A stretch of DNA of 54,577 nt, filler included, from Sluysia triapertura (taxonomy: Eukaryota): NCBI GenBank assembly GCA_046118255.1. It is 4 parts of 4 records of this genome, joined end to end, with 100 filler letters (N's around TTAATTAATTAA, not from the genome) between each part and the next. Parts side by side here need not be neighbours in the genome. Positions count along the whole stretch, not along the records: positions 11,730 to 25,365 come from JBJNIA010028168.1; positions 25,466 to 40,919 come from JBJNIA010228012.1; 2 more parts are not named here. The stretch is one strand, 5' to 3'. The position numbers and the translations under genes are program-made. The notes under the pieces are model-generated. The model was not told the DNA's origin and did no database searches. It worked only from the letters and a program-made list of their open reading frames with translations. Positions within the stretch are counted from its first letter, which is position 1. Each line of letters begins with the position of its first letter. Below are positions 25,241 to 36,219 of this stretch, one piece after another.

Positions 25241-25365
25241 ATATTTATTATATCTAGCCTTGAAGGTAATGCGATCATACCTAATGCAGTTACAACACTT
25301 AAAAATTATAAGAGTTTTGGTAGGATTGGAGTAAGAATCCGTAAGACTTATAGAGTCTTTACGTT

Positions 25366-25465
25366 NNNNNNNNNNNNNNNNNNNNNNNNNNNNNNNNNNN
25401 NNNNNNNNNTTAATTAATTAANNNNNNNNNNNNNNNNNNNNNNNNNNNNNNNNNNNNNNNNNNNN
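25366..25465. other. Assembly gap linker
   Basis: 44 N + TTAATTAATTAA + 44 N. Confidence 0.98.
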
Positions 25466-28111
25466 GAGATGAGTTCATTGGATGAATTGGGTATTGTAGA
25501 GTGTGAATATTCTTCTATGAATTGTTGTTATTCGGTATTTGGATTACATGGTATTCTGAAATGGATTACATGAGCTATCCATTAGTTAGTTAGTATGAAA
25601 CATTAATATTTAACAAAATTAGGTTTGAAATATTTTAGTCCTTGTACATCCTCGAGGATATCGATCAATTGCTACAAGATATTATACGATATTAAACCTT
25701 AATATAATTTTTAAATGCAAAATACATCCGATCAGAAATCGTATGGAAGTGAACACGAACAAATCAAACTTAAGCTTTAGCCCTTTCAAGTTTCGAACAA
25801 TGGTCAACAGTTTGTGTGAACTGTATATTATATTAAGATTAAATCAAGTCTTGACCTTAAAATTAATTTATGATGATAATAATAACCATTCATAATTCCT
25901 AAATCTATGTAAACTCACAATATTTTTCCAATTTAAATCAGAAACCAGTTTAAGTTGCTACTAAAAATTCGACTATGTTGATGATTAATCTTCTTCTATC
26001 ATTCTACTGACTGTTTCCTGGAGATAATTTTTCCAGAAAAATATTATGACCTGTGGAAATCGTCATCGTCATTCTTATTAGATAAATAAATCGATGAGCT
26101 TTTCAATTTGTTTCGAGATGATGAAAACAAAATGAATATTTAATTTTTATGGAATTTGTTTTTGTAAATATTTTTAAAAAATATCAATGTACTAACTATT
26201 ATTCCACAAAGATTAGCACTCATCAATTTTGCGAATATTTTTCAAAGATGGTATCAGTAATTTTAAAATGTCTGCTAGAATACTTGTAATTAATATTTAT
26301 TGGTTGATTCGATATTTTGTGTCATTATCACTTTATTCAAATCTAATTATTGTTGATATTGTTAATATTGGGAAATTAATTCAATCAAGGGTATTAATTA
26401 GTACGGAACAATTAAGGCAGAAGTAAAGAAACTCTCCTTTGACATTTATTTTGATACAACTTTGAAACTTCAGAGACAGAAATAGCGTAAACTTAAAACG
26501 TTGGGTTTAAACCACTTTTTTGAAAATCTGTGTATATGACCACCAAATCAACTAAACCGACTTCAATAGACGATGCTGTATAATGTAGACAATTATTCAT
26601 TTAATTAATGATCAAATACAAATAAGCTATGTATGAATAATAATAATAGTAATTCTATTTCATGCACCATTATTGATTATAGATGGTACTCATAAAGGAC
26701 ATGTGCTTGTACGTGGCAACATAAAATCAATAAAAAATCTAGCATGCATTACATTTATTCAGTAAGTTTTACATTATTTAGATAAACAATAATTAATTAA
26801 TTAATTTTATTTATCTTTTCCAAATTATTTATGTTTCTAATTTAAGACATTGTTATAAACATTGTTGATGTTAGAAAATTCAAACTTTAAATAAATAATC
26901 AAAACAAATTTTACATCCAAGTACTTTTTCGGTATGTCGAAACGATCGCACTTCATTGGAGCACAATTCTGTTTACATATTATAGGTTGATTGGGCCCAA
27001 TAGGGAATCCATCATTATTTATACAGTCTCTGCAAATACAGAATTTGTAACTTTAAATTCATTTTTAACAAAGCTTTTACGTAATTATATTATTTAGAAA
27101 AACTAATGATTGTACAATCTTCATCAAACCATGATGTAATTACATAATGTGCGCTGTCAATCCTATTCTTCAATACAACATGGATGCTATTTCAACAGCT
27201 GAATGGTTAGAACTTACAAAACAGTGCAGTTAAACTTTATAATTCAGTAAACGTTACTAAGATGAATTCCAAAATTCCAAAATCTAATGACAAACAATTT
27301 AGTGATAAATTTAATAACTATTGTCATCAAAATTATAAATAATTTTTGGCTGTTTTTTATTCAGACTTGAGCTATTATTAAATTTAATTTGTTTGACTTA
27401 GTTCTCAAAAATATTTCAAAAATACAATTATCTGTGTTGGCATTACTGGTGAACTATCTCGTTTTTTGTCGAGATAGTTCTAATTTTATTATCGCGACAC
27501 ATTATAGAAGCTTCTATAATATTCTAGAATATTCCATCGAATCTTATTCGTTTTATAAAATAGCAAAAGTTTAATGAGAATCGTCATTTTGAAATTCGTC
27601 ATTTGCAAAATTCATTGTTTGGAAATTCTATTCGCTCTATTCTGTTCAAAGGATTCACAATTACTTTGTAGAAGATCTATTTTTTATAAGGTGGCACTAA
27701 TTTTAATTAATAAAATTAATATCTTAAAATCCACGTAAATTTAAATCTTTAAAGAAAGAATAAGGTTTGCCGATATATTGATTGACGAAATACAGGTGAA
27801 TTAAAGATTTACTAATAAAAGCTTAAGGATAAATTAGTTTTAATTTTAATATTATAAATTATCTTATTGTATCCTTCTTTCCTTCTTCTTATAAGTTTCA
27901 CAATCTGTGTAAATTAATGAATTTTTAGATTATAAAGTTTTTGGTTCTATTCATTGTATTAAAATAGCATTTGTAAAGTATTATTGTAAAAATCCCTTAA
28001 GTATTTTATAAAGTATTAATTTGACTAGTAGTAATTTGGTTAGTAGGCTGTAAGATTATATAATTAAGGTAGCTATTAACTTATCAAATTACAGAAACGC
28101 CAACTACACGT

Positions 28112-28399
28112 TATAAGACGTTTACTGTAACAGGATCATGTCAAAAAATATTTTGTCGTAGGTTAAATGTTAGAAAAACCACAGCAATATCAAAAAAAGT
28201 AATACTACAGATTGTATAAACAAAGGAATCATTATTCGATTTAAAGATTAAATTATGCTTAATCTATTTTCAAACATTATTAAATATTTTATGACTTAAG
28301 CGAGTTTTAAAATAAATTCAAACTGCTGTGGATTAAATAACATTTAAACTACGACAAAATATTTTTTGAGCAGGGTCCGGTTACAGTAAACGTCTTATA
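28112..28399. mobile_element. ~290-bp fold-back MITE with ~75-bp TIRs
   Basis: TATAAGACGTTTACTGTAAC...TCAAAAAATATTTTGTCGTAG.TTAAATGTTA...CCACAGCA (28112-28186) is matched in inverted orientation at 28324-28399. Confidence 0.85.
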
Positions 28400-28946
28400 T
28401 CGGGAAAAGAGTGTTCATCTAACTATAAGTGCTAATATTTTATCTGAAAATGTTTTGTATTTAGAGTCTTTAACAAATACTCAAATATGAAATTTCCTCA
28501 ACATTGTAATAACTTAGCACAAAAAAATTAACTTTATTCACGAAATAGAAAAAGGTATTTTAAGGATTAAAGCTCCAAGAGTGTTTAATCTAATAACTAT
28601 TGTTGTGGTTGATGACGAAAATTATTTTTTAAATTAAAATTAAATTTAAAATTAAAATTGAGTTTGTTATTATTATTCGATTTGTTATTAAATTCATAAA
28701 TTGTATTATTCGAGTTTATGAGAAATTGTTCATTTATCATTTTAAAACTAAAATACAATATTATCTTTTCTTTAATAAAAAAGGCTTGATAAATACATAA
28801 AAAATTATTTATTATAATTTTAAGTTTGAAACATTTTATCCTGCGTATGTCTTCTAGTATTATATGTTCCCCATCTAAAAAATTATAAAAACTCATGATA
28901 TTAAGAATGTAAATAAAAAGATTGTTTACTTTGAGAATATTATTCG

Positions 28947-29719
28947 TTAAATTACTACTCCAAGACTTCTGAGTAGTACAACTATTTTTGCTGAGTGATG
29001 ATCAAAACTTCTTTCAATCATTTTGGTAGATTCTAATTCGTATACTGTATGCCCGTAACAACAGTGACTTCCATTCTTTACACGTATGACATAATTATCC
29101 GTGGCGAATGGACACAAGGCAATCATGTTAGCTTCATAATCACCATCTTTGTTATCGTTAACTTCGTAATAATCACCTTTGTCGTGGTTAGCTTCATAGT
29201 CATCATTTTTATAATCGTTAAGTTCATAATCTTTAATTTTATAATCATTAAGTTCGTAATCATTATCTTTATAATTGTGAAGTTGGTAATAATCGCCTTT
29301 ATTATCGTTAGCTTCATATTCATCATCTTTGTTATTGTTAGCTTCGTAATAATCATCTTCGTTAGCGTTAACAATAATCATCTTCGTTAGCGTTAACAAT
29401 AATCATCATCTTTATTATTGTTAACTTTGTAATCATCATCTTTATACTTATTAGCTTTGTAATTGTTATAATTGTTAACTTTATAATCATCATCTTTGTT
29501 ATGGTTAGCTTCATAATCATCACTTTTATTATTGTTACCTTTGTAATCATAATCTCCATAATCGTTATCTTTGTGTTCGTTACCTTTATAATCGTTAACT
29601 TTGTAATCATCGTCTTTATAATCATCGGTTTTGTAATCATAATCCTTATCATTTTCAGAACAATCATAGTCAGAAATACAGGAAGACGTGGAGATATCCA
29701 TAATAATTGATTGTACCAA
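28947..29719 (-). CDS. Asp/Tyr/Asn/Lys-rich 10-aa tandem-repeat protein with a Cys-containing C-terminal tail; frameshifted at ~29395
   Basis: ORFs 29393-29719 and 28947-29399 share the unit DDY(E/K)(A/V/L)N(D/N)(N/Y)K(D/G). Two 25-nt deleted units (29348-29397) break the frame. The non-repeat tail is CPFATDNYVIRVKNGSHCCYGH. Confidence 0.55.
29125..29655. repeat. 30-nt minisatellite, roughly 17 diverged units with an underlying 15-nt period
   Basis: Repeated (T)TCGTAATAATCATCTTT(G/A)TTATCGTTA(G/A)C-like units. Confidence 0.9.
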
Positions 29720-31109
29720 ATTTTATTTTTGTCTGCGTATTTTTATCTAAGTACTGCCAAACACCAATGCGTAATAAAATCGTGCCAATATTTTTCACTG
29801 ACTATTAAATTGTGTCTTGATTGGTTATCCAACCAGGAATATATAAATTAATGAAGAAATCGTTCTGGTTGGACAACCAGTAATAATGTTTATTATAAAA
29901 TAATTGAGATATGAACCACCATAAATGTTGACATGAATTTATACACAGTGATCAGTAATGCCAGCATTGATGGTGGTAATTACTAATATATATAGTATTT
30001 ACTAATTGAAAAATTAAAATGATAATAATAATGGTAATAATAATAATAATGACAATATTATTATTATCAATGTTAAAAAACACATTAATTCTTTGCAAAA
30101 GGTTTATACACGATCTTTCTTTTCTATCCTTGATTTCTTAACATATTGAAACATAAGAAAAACGATGAAATTAAGAATAACAATAATAATAAGAACAACA
30201 ATGTTGTCGTTATATTATCACAAATGCATGAATTCTTTATTCTAAACATTACATGAGCTTTCTTTTTATATCTTTTATATTTCTTGAAATATTTAAGTTA
30301 TTAGAGCAAAAAAAGAGCTTTTAAGAAAATTGAGAATTCATAATCTTACCTCTTAATGATATAAGATAATGCGTAAAGCATTTTTGTTTGATTTTAAATG
30401 TTTTTTGATAATTTATGTGAAGCAATGCTTTTAGGTGAAAATAAATTTGAGTAAAGAAAACTTATGATTTACTTCTTTTGGAATAATATTGATGTTTAAA
30501 ATGGATTATACATGTACCTTAGTGTTTTGAATGAAAATAATGTTTAGTTGTTAGGATTTAATGATAAAAGATCGTGAATTTAGAGTGTTTGAAAGTGTAT
30601 GATAATTAATTTCGAATGTGGTTGAAATTGAATTGTTAAGAAATGAAGAATAAAATATTTTAGATGAATTTTTTAATGTAAATTAATGGTTTGAATGTAA
30701 TTGTGGTTTGAATGTTAGGAGATTGTGGATTTAAATTGATTTTAAAGGATGAAAATGTTTTAGTCGATATAAATGAGGTAAATATTGGAATGTTAAAATG
30801 TTAGAGAATATAGTTTTATATACAATGTGTTGATTTAGTTTAATATTGTTTTATGTTGATTTTTGAATGTAAATTGTAGATTTTGAGGGTATTAAGAAAG
30901 GTTGGCCACCTTTTATCAAAAGGACATAGTCTATTAATCATTGCTATCTTATAATCCTACAATTAATGGCAGGATCAACCATTATGAAATAGTGCTGGAT
31001 TAAGCTTTTAATTAAAATTGTTAATTTTGTCAATTAAGAGAAATTTTAATTATTAATTATTGTTATAAATTTTGATATTTTTTTGTTAAATTACTACAAC
31101 TTTTTTTAG

Positions 31110-31407
31110 TTGTTTGTAATAAATCTTTGTTTACTGTAGTGAACTCCACATTTTCACATCAAAATCACAAACAAATTCGCGAAGATCATCTGAGTATTAG
31201 CAACGGTAGTCGTAGAAGTAGTTTTTCATCATTTATGTTTACAAGAAAACAAATTATTGATAATGATCCACAGATTGAAGCTGATATTCTTAGAATTATC
31301 GAAATTGTGTTAGGTAACAAACCGAATATTTTAAACAAATGCGACTGAAACAATTGATATATTATGAGTCTTATCGAAAATTAATCGTAATATTAATAAC
31401 TCAAAGG

Positions 31408-31461
<54 letters not shown>

Positions 31462-32750
31462 GTGTTATAAAAAACGTGGATAATTGTAATGTTTGTCAGG
31501 AAAATAGCATAAATACTTTTATTAATGATGTGCAAATAGAAGTAAAGGCAGAATTTGAAGCTTTATTATTAGTTTGTCGTAAAATAACGGAAGAAATTCA
31601 AGCCAATTAGCAAAATGGGATTGTATTGACAGTTGTGATAGTGAAATACTTCACATTCATTATGTAGAAATAGTACCCTATAATAAACAACATCCAACGG
31701 CCTCAGACTATTTCATTATAGATAATTCATCCATCAATTTTATCGATACAATGATTGACAAAATATCGGAGACAACAACTTCAGCAGCAGCTGTTTTTAC
31801 AAATATAAACTGGCATAGTGTTACTCAAAATATCAATAATTATTCGAATCAATTAAAAGATTATTGTAATTAAGCATCAATAAAAATCGGTAACGAAGAA
31901 TATGAAAATATTGAAATCAAATCTAAAATTAATAATTCAAATGACAGTATTATTACACAGCAACAAAATAGTCCAATTAATCGTAATCCATTAAATAAAC
32001 GACCAAATCGATTGAATTCGACGACGACGACAATTAATAAATCTGCGAATAGGAGTGTTACGATTATACACTAATGAATAAAGAAGTTGATACCAATTAT
32101 TACAGAGGTCACTTTAATAAGTTGTTTTACACTAAATCATCAGAGTTACCTTCTACCGGTTTCAATGATACATTTTACGTTAGCCCTTCTGTCATTACAT
32201 TGCAAAGCTTTTCAAAATCAGTTCCACCAATCAAACAGGATATGTTTTCCAATAAGAAGACTCCTTCATTGTTTAAACCCAATCCAACATCACCAACTGC
32301 ATTATTGGCCAGATTATCTAAACCGTCCTCTCCTGTCGTTCTTTGTTACACCGATTTTCTATTGTTATAAAAAAACAAAGAATTAAAAGAAATAATCATT
32401 AAATTTTGCAAATATTTCTGAGAACACATTGAAACTCCTGAGATATTATAAAAATAAAATATATAAAATTAATATTAATTAATTGTCAAACGACAAAAAA
32501 GTATGTATGAAGATAAAATAAAAATGATAATAATGAAGATATCTTTATTTTATTTATTGAAAGTATCAGAATCGTTTTTAGTAGATGATATTGGTTATGC
32601 TAATGTTCTGTCACCATCTAACATTATTATGAAATCATTTCTGTATAATTTAACCGAGACTCGTAAATCTGAAACATCAAAATGCAATGAATGTGATACT
32701 AAAATGCAATACAAATTCATCAACTATTTATCGAACCTTTTGATATACAC
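31110..32750 (+). pseudogene. Long disrupted coding region of unknown function (Asn/Ser/Thr-rich)
   Basis: Acceptor-like TTTTTTTAG ends at 31109. Protein-like segments follow one another, separated by several frameshifts (~31335, 31382, 31608, 32070-32130) and an in-frame TAA at 31871. An (AAT)17 poly-Asn run lies at 31410-31460. Confidence 0.5.
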
Positions 32751-33602
32751 ACGTATGTTATTATTTATTTTTCTAGTTGTTGCTTTTTTGTTAAATAAAT
32801 CTTTCGTTAAATTGTTTATATTTTATTGTTTAAGTTTTTCTCAATGTTTAAGCAAGTTGAATTGTTTTTTAAATATGTTAAAGTTAAGATTAATATGTTG
32901 ATAATTGTATTATAAAAATAACGCCATCACTAAAATTGTTTTTTTTTGGATTAGTTAAATTTATAATTGAAATATTATCCTTTTTGATAATTATATAATT
33001 AAGATAATACTCTCGCTAAATTTACTTTTATAAAAGTAGCGTAAAGAACCAATTGTTATAAATACATTATTTGAAGCAAATAATATCTTCAAGTGTTTTG
33101 TTGGAAATTAATTTTTAAGAATTTAATAAGTGATTAACAGTGATTACAGTAAATATGTTAAAAAAATAATTAAAGGAAAGACCCTCAATAAATAATAATA
33201 ATTTATTTTAAGTATGATTAATGATTAAGGATAATTGGAAAATAAATTTTGCAGTAAGAACTGGGAAATCTTTACTCTAGAATCTGACGATTTCTTCGTT
33301 CTATAGTAAGACTCATAACTTTCTTTACTTAGTAATTAAGTTTGATAAATTCTCCAATCCAATTCTGCAATCTGATTTTATTTTATTTCATTCACATTTG
33401 ATTTTTAAATGTTTTATTTCAAAATTAATGAAATATTCTTTAAATATATTTTATTTTACGATTATATTTTTATAAAATATTAAATCTAACAGATAATACT
33501 TATTTTTATAAAGCGATAAGTTTTGTTAGATTTATAGTGGGTTATATTTTCAAATTTTACTGAAAATACATACAAATTAATCAGTAATATATATATTTAT
33601 AG

Positions 33603-33755
33603 AAATTTTCTATGTATCATAATGACGAAGAAGCAAAATTATTGGACTTGATAAACCGATGCTTGATATACAATCCTCGCGAACGAATAAAACCCAAACA
33701 AGTGTTAAAATTACCAATGTTTGATAGTCAATCTTTTTATAGTTTATCGAAATAA
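33603..33755 (+). CDS. Terminal exon of a protein kinase (subdomain XI, CMGC-like)
   Basis: After an AG at 33601-33602: KFSMYHNDEEAKLLDLINRCLIYNPRERIKPKQVLKLPMF...*, matching 'DLI..ML.YDP..RI...EAL.HPF'. Upstream kinase exons were not seen. Confidence 0.7.
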   Translation, partial: KFSMYHNDEEAKLLDLINRCLIYNPRERIKPKQVLKLPMFDSQSFYSLSK

Positions 33756-33870
33756 AATTTTTAAGATATCATTATTATTAGTAATATTTTTTTAATGGAA
33801 ACATAATTATTTTACTAGTTATTTTGGTAATATTAAAATAAATTAAAAAATAATCAATAAAGATAAATTA

Positions 33871-34314
33871 ATGAAAGTACCTTATTGCATGGACTTGATT
33901 TTATTTCTTATGGTACCTTTTACAATAATGTTTATATGTTGTTTTATAATAACTATGTTAATACAAATTCGTAGATCCAATTTACTAGATCCACATCGAA
34001 ATTCTGATTGTAGAAGTGATTCAACAATTGTTATAAATCTATTAACATTATTAACAAACCCACTCTTTCTCATTTTCGAATTAATGGATGGTGAAGGTAG
34101 TGAAATGCAAGATCTTCCTAAAATAACTAATGATAAATGCTTTTCGAATTCATTAACATTGATTTTTAATGGTTATATAGAAATAAAAGTGAGAATTTTG
34201 ACTATTATACCACTTGGGTTATTTATAATTGTGTTTATGCATTCTTTTTATTTGTTATATTTAAAATTTAATATAAATTGGTTAATTGTTGCAGGTATTA
34301 AGCCTATTTCTTAA
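33871..34314 (+). CDS. Multi-pass membrane protein fragment, probably class-A GPCR TM5-TM7
   Basis: LFLMVPFTIMFICCFII (TM5 'F.LP..I...C'), a basic loop, INLLTLLTNPLFLIF (TM6 Pro) and a further hydrophobic segment. Confidence 0.4.
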   Translation: MKVPYCMDLILFLMVPFTIMFICCFIITMLIQIRRSNLLDPHRNSDCRSDSTIVINLLTLLTNPLFLIFELMDGEGSEMQDLPKITNDKCFSNSLTLIFNGYIEIKVRILTIIPLGLFIIVFMHSFYLLYLKFNINWLIVAGIKPIS

Positions 34315-34872
34315 GCAATTTTAAAATTAATATTTAATTCGTTTTCAATTGTAAAGTTTAAAGTAAATCGTTTGTTTTTTATTAATGTTTACAGTTTAGT
34401 TATTAAACGGTTCAAAAAGATTAAAAATATATTTAAATTAAATAATTTTTCACCCCCAACACAAATGTCTTGGAAAACCTTACAATTACAAATCACTATT
34501 TTATGCGGAATTCCTTAAATGGAAAACGGATTATTAAAGTATTTGAAATTTTATTAACTAGATAGTCTTTGTAATACCAGTGTAACCACCATGCCCTGTT
34601 TCTTAAAATTTCAGGAATGTACATTCTCATATCTAAACTCAACATTTCGTCTGCTTACTATTTTGAGTACTATGTTTAATCATAGTTAATGTTTTTTCGT
34701 TTGATTTCTGTTTATTATCACGCAATATTTACATTCACTGTGTCTGACTTTGTCTAATTAAATCGAAATTTTCGACATATTTTCTGCAATTATGTTTATT
34801 TCTATTACGCATTAATGTTATCAATTAATTTAAAACTTAGTAATATTTTAAAATAACACAACTAAACATTAC

Positions 34873-35071
34873 TTTTCTATTTGTGAAGTCCTAAATTCCA
34901 CATCTTTATGTTTGCATGACGCATTATTTCGACACCAGTACTAGCAACTGTTTTAATTTCAACTGGATTCTCGTTAGAAAGCTGTTCAAATATTTCACTT
35001 TTAATTTCACAGATTTTACTGCTTTTGTTTTCATTTGCTTTAGGTAATTCAAGCAAAACGTTTGACCGAAT
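34873..35071 (-). CDS. Probable exon of an unknown or degenerate gene
   Basis: Open frame IRSNVLLELPKANENKSSKICEIKSEIFEQLSNENPVEIKTVASTGVEIMRHANIKMWEFRTSQIE ends at a GTAATG donor; neighbouring exon-like pieces contain stops. Confidence 0.3.
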
Positions 35072-35876
35072 CTTACAAAATTTCGTAAGTCATTGTTGGA
35101 TATAGTTCGGTATGGTCAAATATCACGAATAACTACAGTAAATGATTAGTAAATGAACTTTTGGATAACCTTTGCGTTTCAGATATTAATCCGATACAAA
35201 AGTTCTAAGATAAAAATGGAACGTTTGAGTGGAAACAGAAAAATTCTTTAAAACAAAAAACGAAATAAGTACTTGTATATGAAATGAATCATTTGTTTAT
35301 CAGTAGTATCTGTTAAAGTCACCATAACAGAACTTAAAGTAACATTAGAAAAATAAAATATCATGTTAAATAAGGATTATACATAAATACATGAAAGTAA
35401 TAGAAATACATATATAGAAATACATTAGTGGAAATATAGAAATAGATAAAGTAAAGCATTTAAAGCTAAAAACTTCAGTAAATGATTGATTTTGACTCTT
35501 TATCATCACAATACTGATATAATAATTGGAAAATATAGGATTATTCATGTGTTTTAGTCACACAAATAGAAGATAAAGTTTGAAGTTATTCTTTCATTTG
35601 AGTTTGTTATATAAAGAACGTTAAAAGCAAACAGTTAGTAAAAACCAAGGAATAAAAGTAGAACAAAAAGGTGTGAACTTAAAATTTTATCATTCATTTA
35701 AAACAATTGATAAAATATTTAAAAGCAAAATCACAATAAAGTTGCAATTTCCACAATGAGCAGAAATAACGCAAAATTTAATTCCAACGCACTTTTATTT
35801 GAGATTTAATAAAAATATAATTTATTAAAATAAAGATAATTTATTAAAAGAATGTTTTAATATAATTTAAACTAAC

Positions 35877-36219
35877 TATTTTTATAGTTTTCATCATATT
35901 TAAAAAGATTTCTAAATCCATCTTCACTGGCTAAAATTAAAGACACACGACGTTTTGCAACTCGTTTTTCAAATTCCTGCTCTTCATAATATCGATCATT
36001 GTTATAAGAAGTAATACGATGATGGTGACGATGATGTCGATGTGGTTGCTGTGACGATGGAAGAATACCATTTCCATAACTATGTGAACTAGCATATGTA
36101 CTACTACCTGCAGATTTACGATTCAAGAGTTTTGGATTAATGTGATAATTTGTTGATAATTTAACATTATTTGAATTTTTCAGATTTGGACAAGACCGTT
36201 GAGATCTAGTACTAAACGA
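35877..36219 (-). CDS. Vang: Van Gogh/strabismus (Vang-like) cytoplasmic-tail exon
   Basis: SYNNDRYYEEQEFEKRVAKRRVSLILASEDGF matches the Vangl motif HNE.YYEEAEHERRV.KR.ARLVVAVEEAF. Acceptor AG ends at 36220, GTTAGT donor starts at 35876, and there is no internal stop. Confidence 0.8.

Noticed and set aside
29600-29623. Synthetic FLAG-tag or vector contamination
   Set aside because: The motif is DYKDDDYK, embedded in a diverged native repeat array with no vector sequence nearby.
29125-29655. CRISPR-like array
   Set aside because: Contiguous diverged units without unique spacers, in a eukaryotic context.
29049-29710. Hydrophobic + strand ORFs and MMITKLTIIK-frame ORFs over the minisatellite
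   Set aside because: Shadow frames of the 30-nt repeat. The D/Y/N/K frame is preferred because it runs into non-repeat Cys-containing sequence, though this is not proven.
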